From Mobula hypostoma (Eukaryota), in contig NC_086097.1 in the NCBI RefSeq assembly GCF_963921235.1, positions 195,488,001 through 195,552,000 on the forward strand: a stretch of DNA of 64,000 nucleotides. Reading direction: 5' to 3'. Numbering within the stretch: the stretch's first letter is position 1; every line of letters begins with the position of its first letter. A model generated the notes under the pieces. It did not search any database and was not told the DNA's origin. It saw only the letters and a list, made by a program, of their open reading frames with translations. Of this stretch, positions 63,640 through 64,000 are shown piece after piece. The position numbers were made by a program, and so were the translations under genes.

Positions 63640-63895
63640 GTGGTACTGTAGCATAGCAGTTAGCATGACGTTATTACAGCGTCAATGACCATAGTTCAGT
63701 AACACTGCTGTTTGTAACGAGTTTGTACGCTCTCCCTGTGACTGCATGAGCTTTTTCCAGATGCTCCAGTTTCCTCTCACATTCCAGAGATGTACAGGTT
63801 AGTAGGTTAATTGGTTACATGGGTGGAATTAGGTGGTGCAGGATTGTCAACAGGGAGTGCCTGTTATTGTGTTGTATCTCTAAATAAAAACAATA
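63640..63895 (+). mobile_element. V-SINE-like SINE
   Basis: tRNA-like head, GAGTTTGTACGCTCTCCCTGTGAC..GCTCCAGTTTCCTCTCACATTCC core and an A-rich end. Confidence 0.7.
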
Positions 63896-64000
63896 CCATC
63901 ATTTTTCAGTGTTAGATTTATTAACATTACTGGATGCCTTTCAAGTTCAGGCACAATATATATACATCAACATTGTCTTACAAGCTGCTACTTTTTTTAT

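Noticed and set aside
63640..63715. tRNA gene (also the heads at about 11200, 26655 and 33765)
   Set aside because: These are decayed SINE heads running into the V-domain core; no cloverleaf can be supported.

Overview
This is eukaryotic, repeat-dense DNA. The repeat set (abundant CR1 LINEs, V-SINE/HE1-type and Deu-domain SINEs, Rex1/Babar, Penelope-like elements) suggests a cartilaginous fish such as a shark or ray; that is an inference, not a database result. I could not support any host protein-coding gene, so the window is probably intergenic or inside a long intron. Every long ORF I could assign is a transposon remnant or an antisense shadow of one. The best-resolved structure is a three-level nest at 14782-21261: an LTR-like element (CCTTC TSD) holds a full-length Nimb/I-clade LINE (12-bp TSD; gag-like ORF1 and APE-RT-RNase H ORF2), whose ORF1 is broken by a CR1 3' fragment. 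The window also has two HERO/R2-type elements with a restriction-like endonuclease, two near-identical young CR1 copies, Penelope-like remnants with GIY-YIG and decayed hammerhead motifs, solo LTRs, Tc1 and Tigger derivatives, and a 13 x 19 bp minisatellite inside an RTE-related element. Signals not explained by repeats are a three-hairpin cluster at 652-850, two enhancer-like islands and one weak exon candidate near 62.5 kb. I found no convincing new biological system. Family names come from motif recognition by eye, and boundaries without a stated TSD are approximate.
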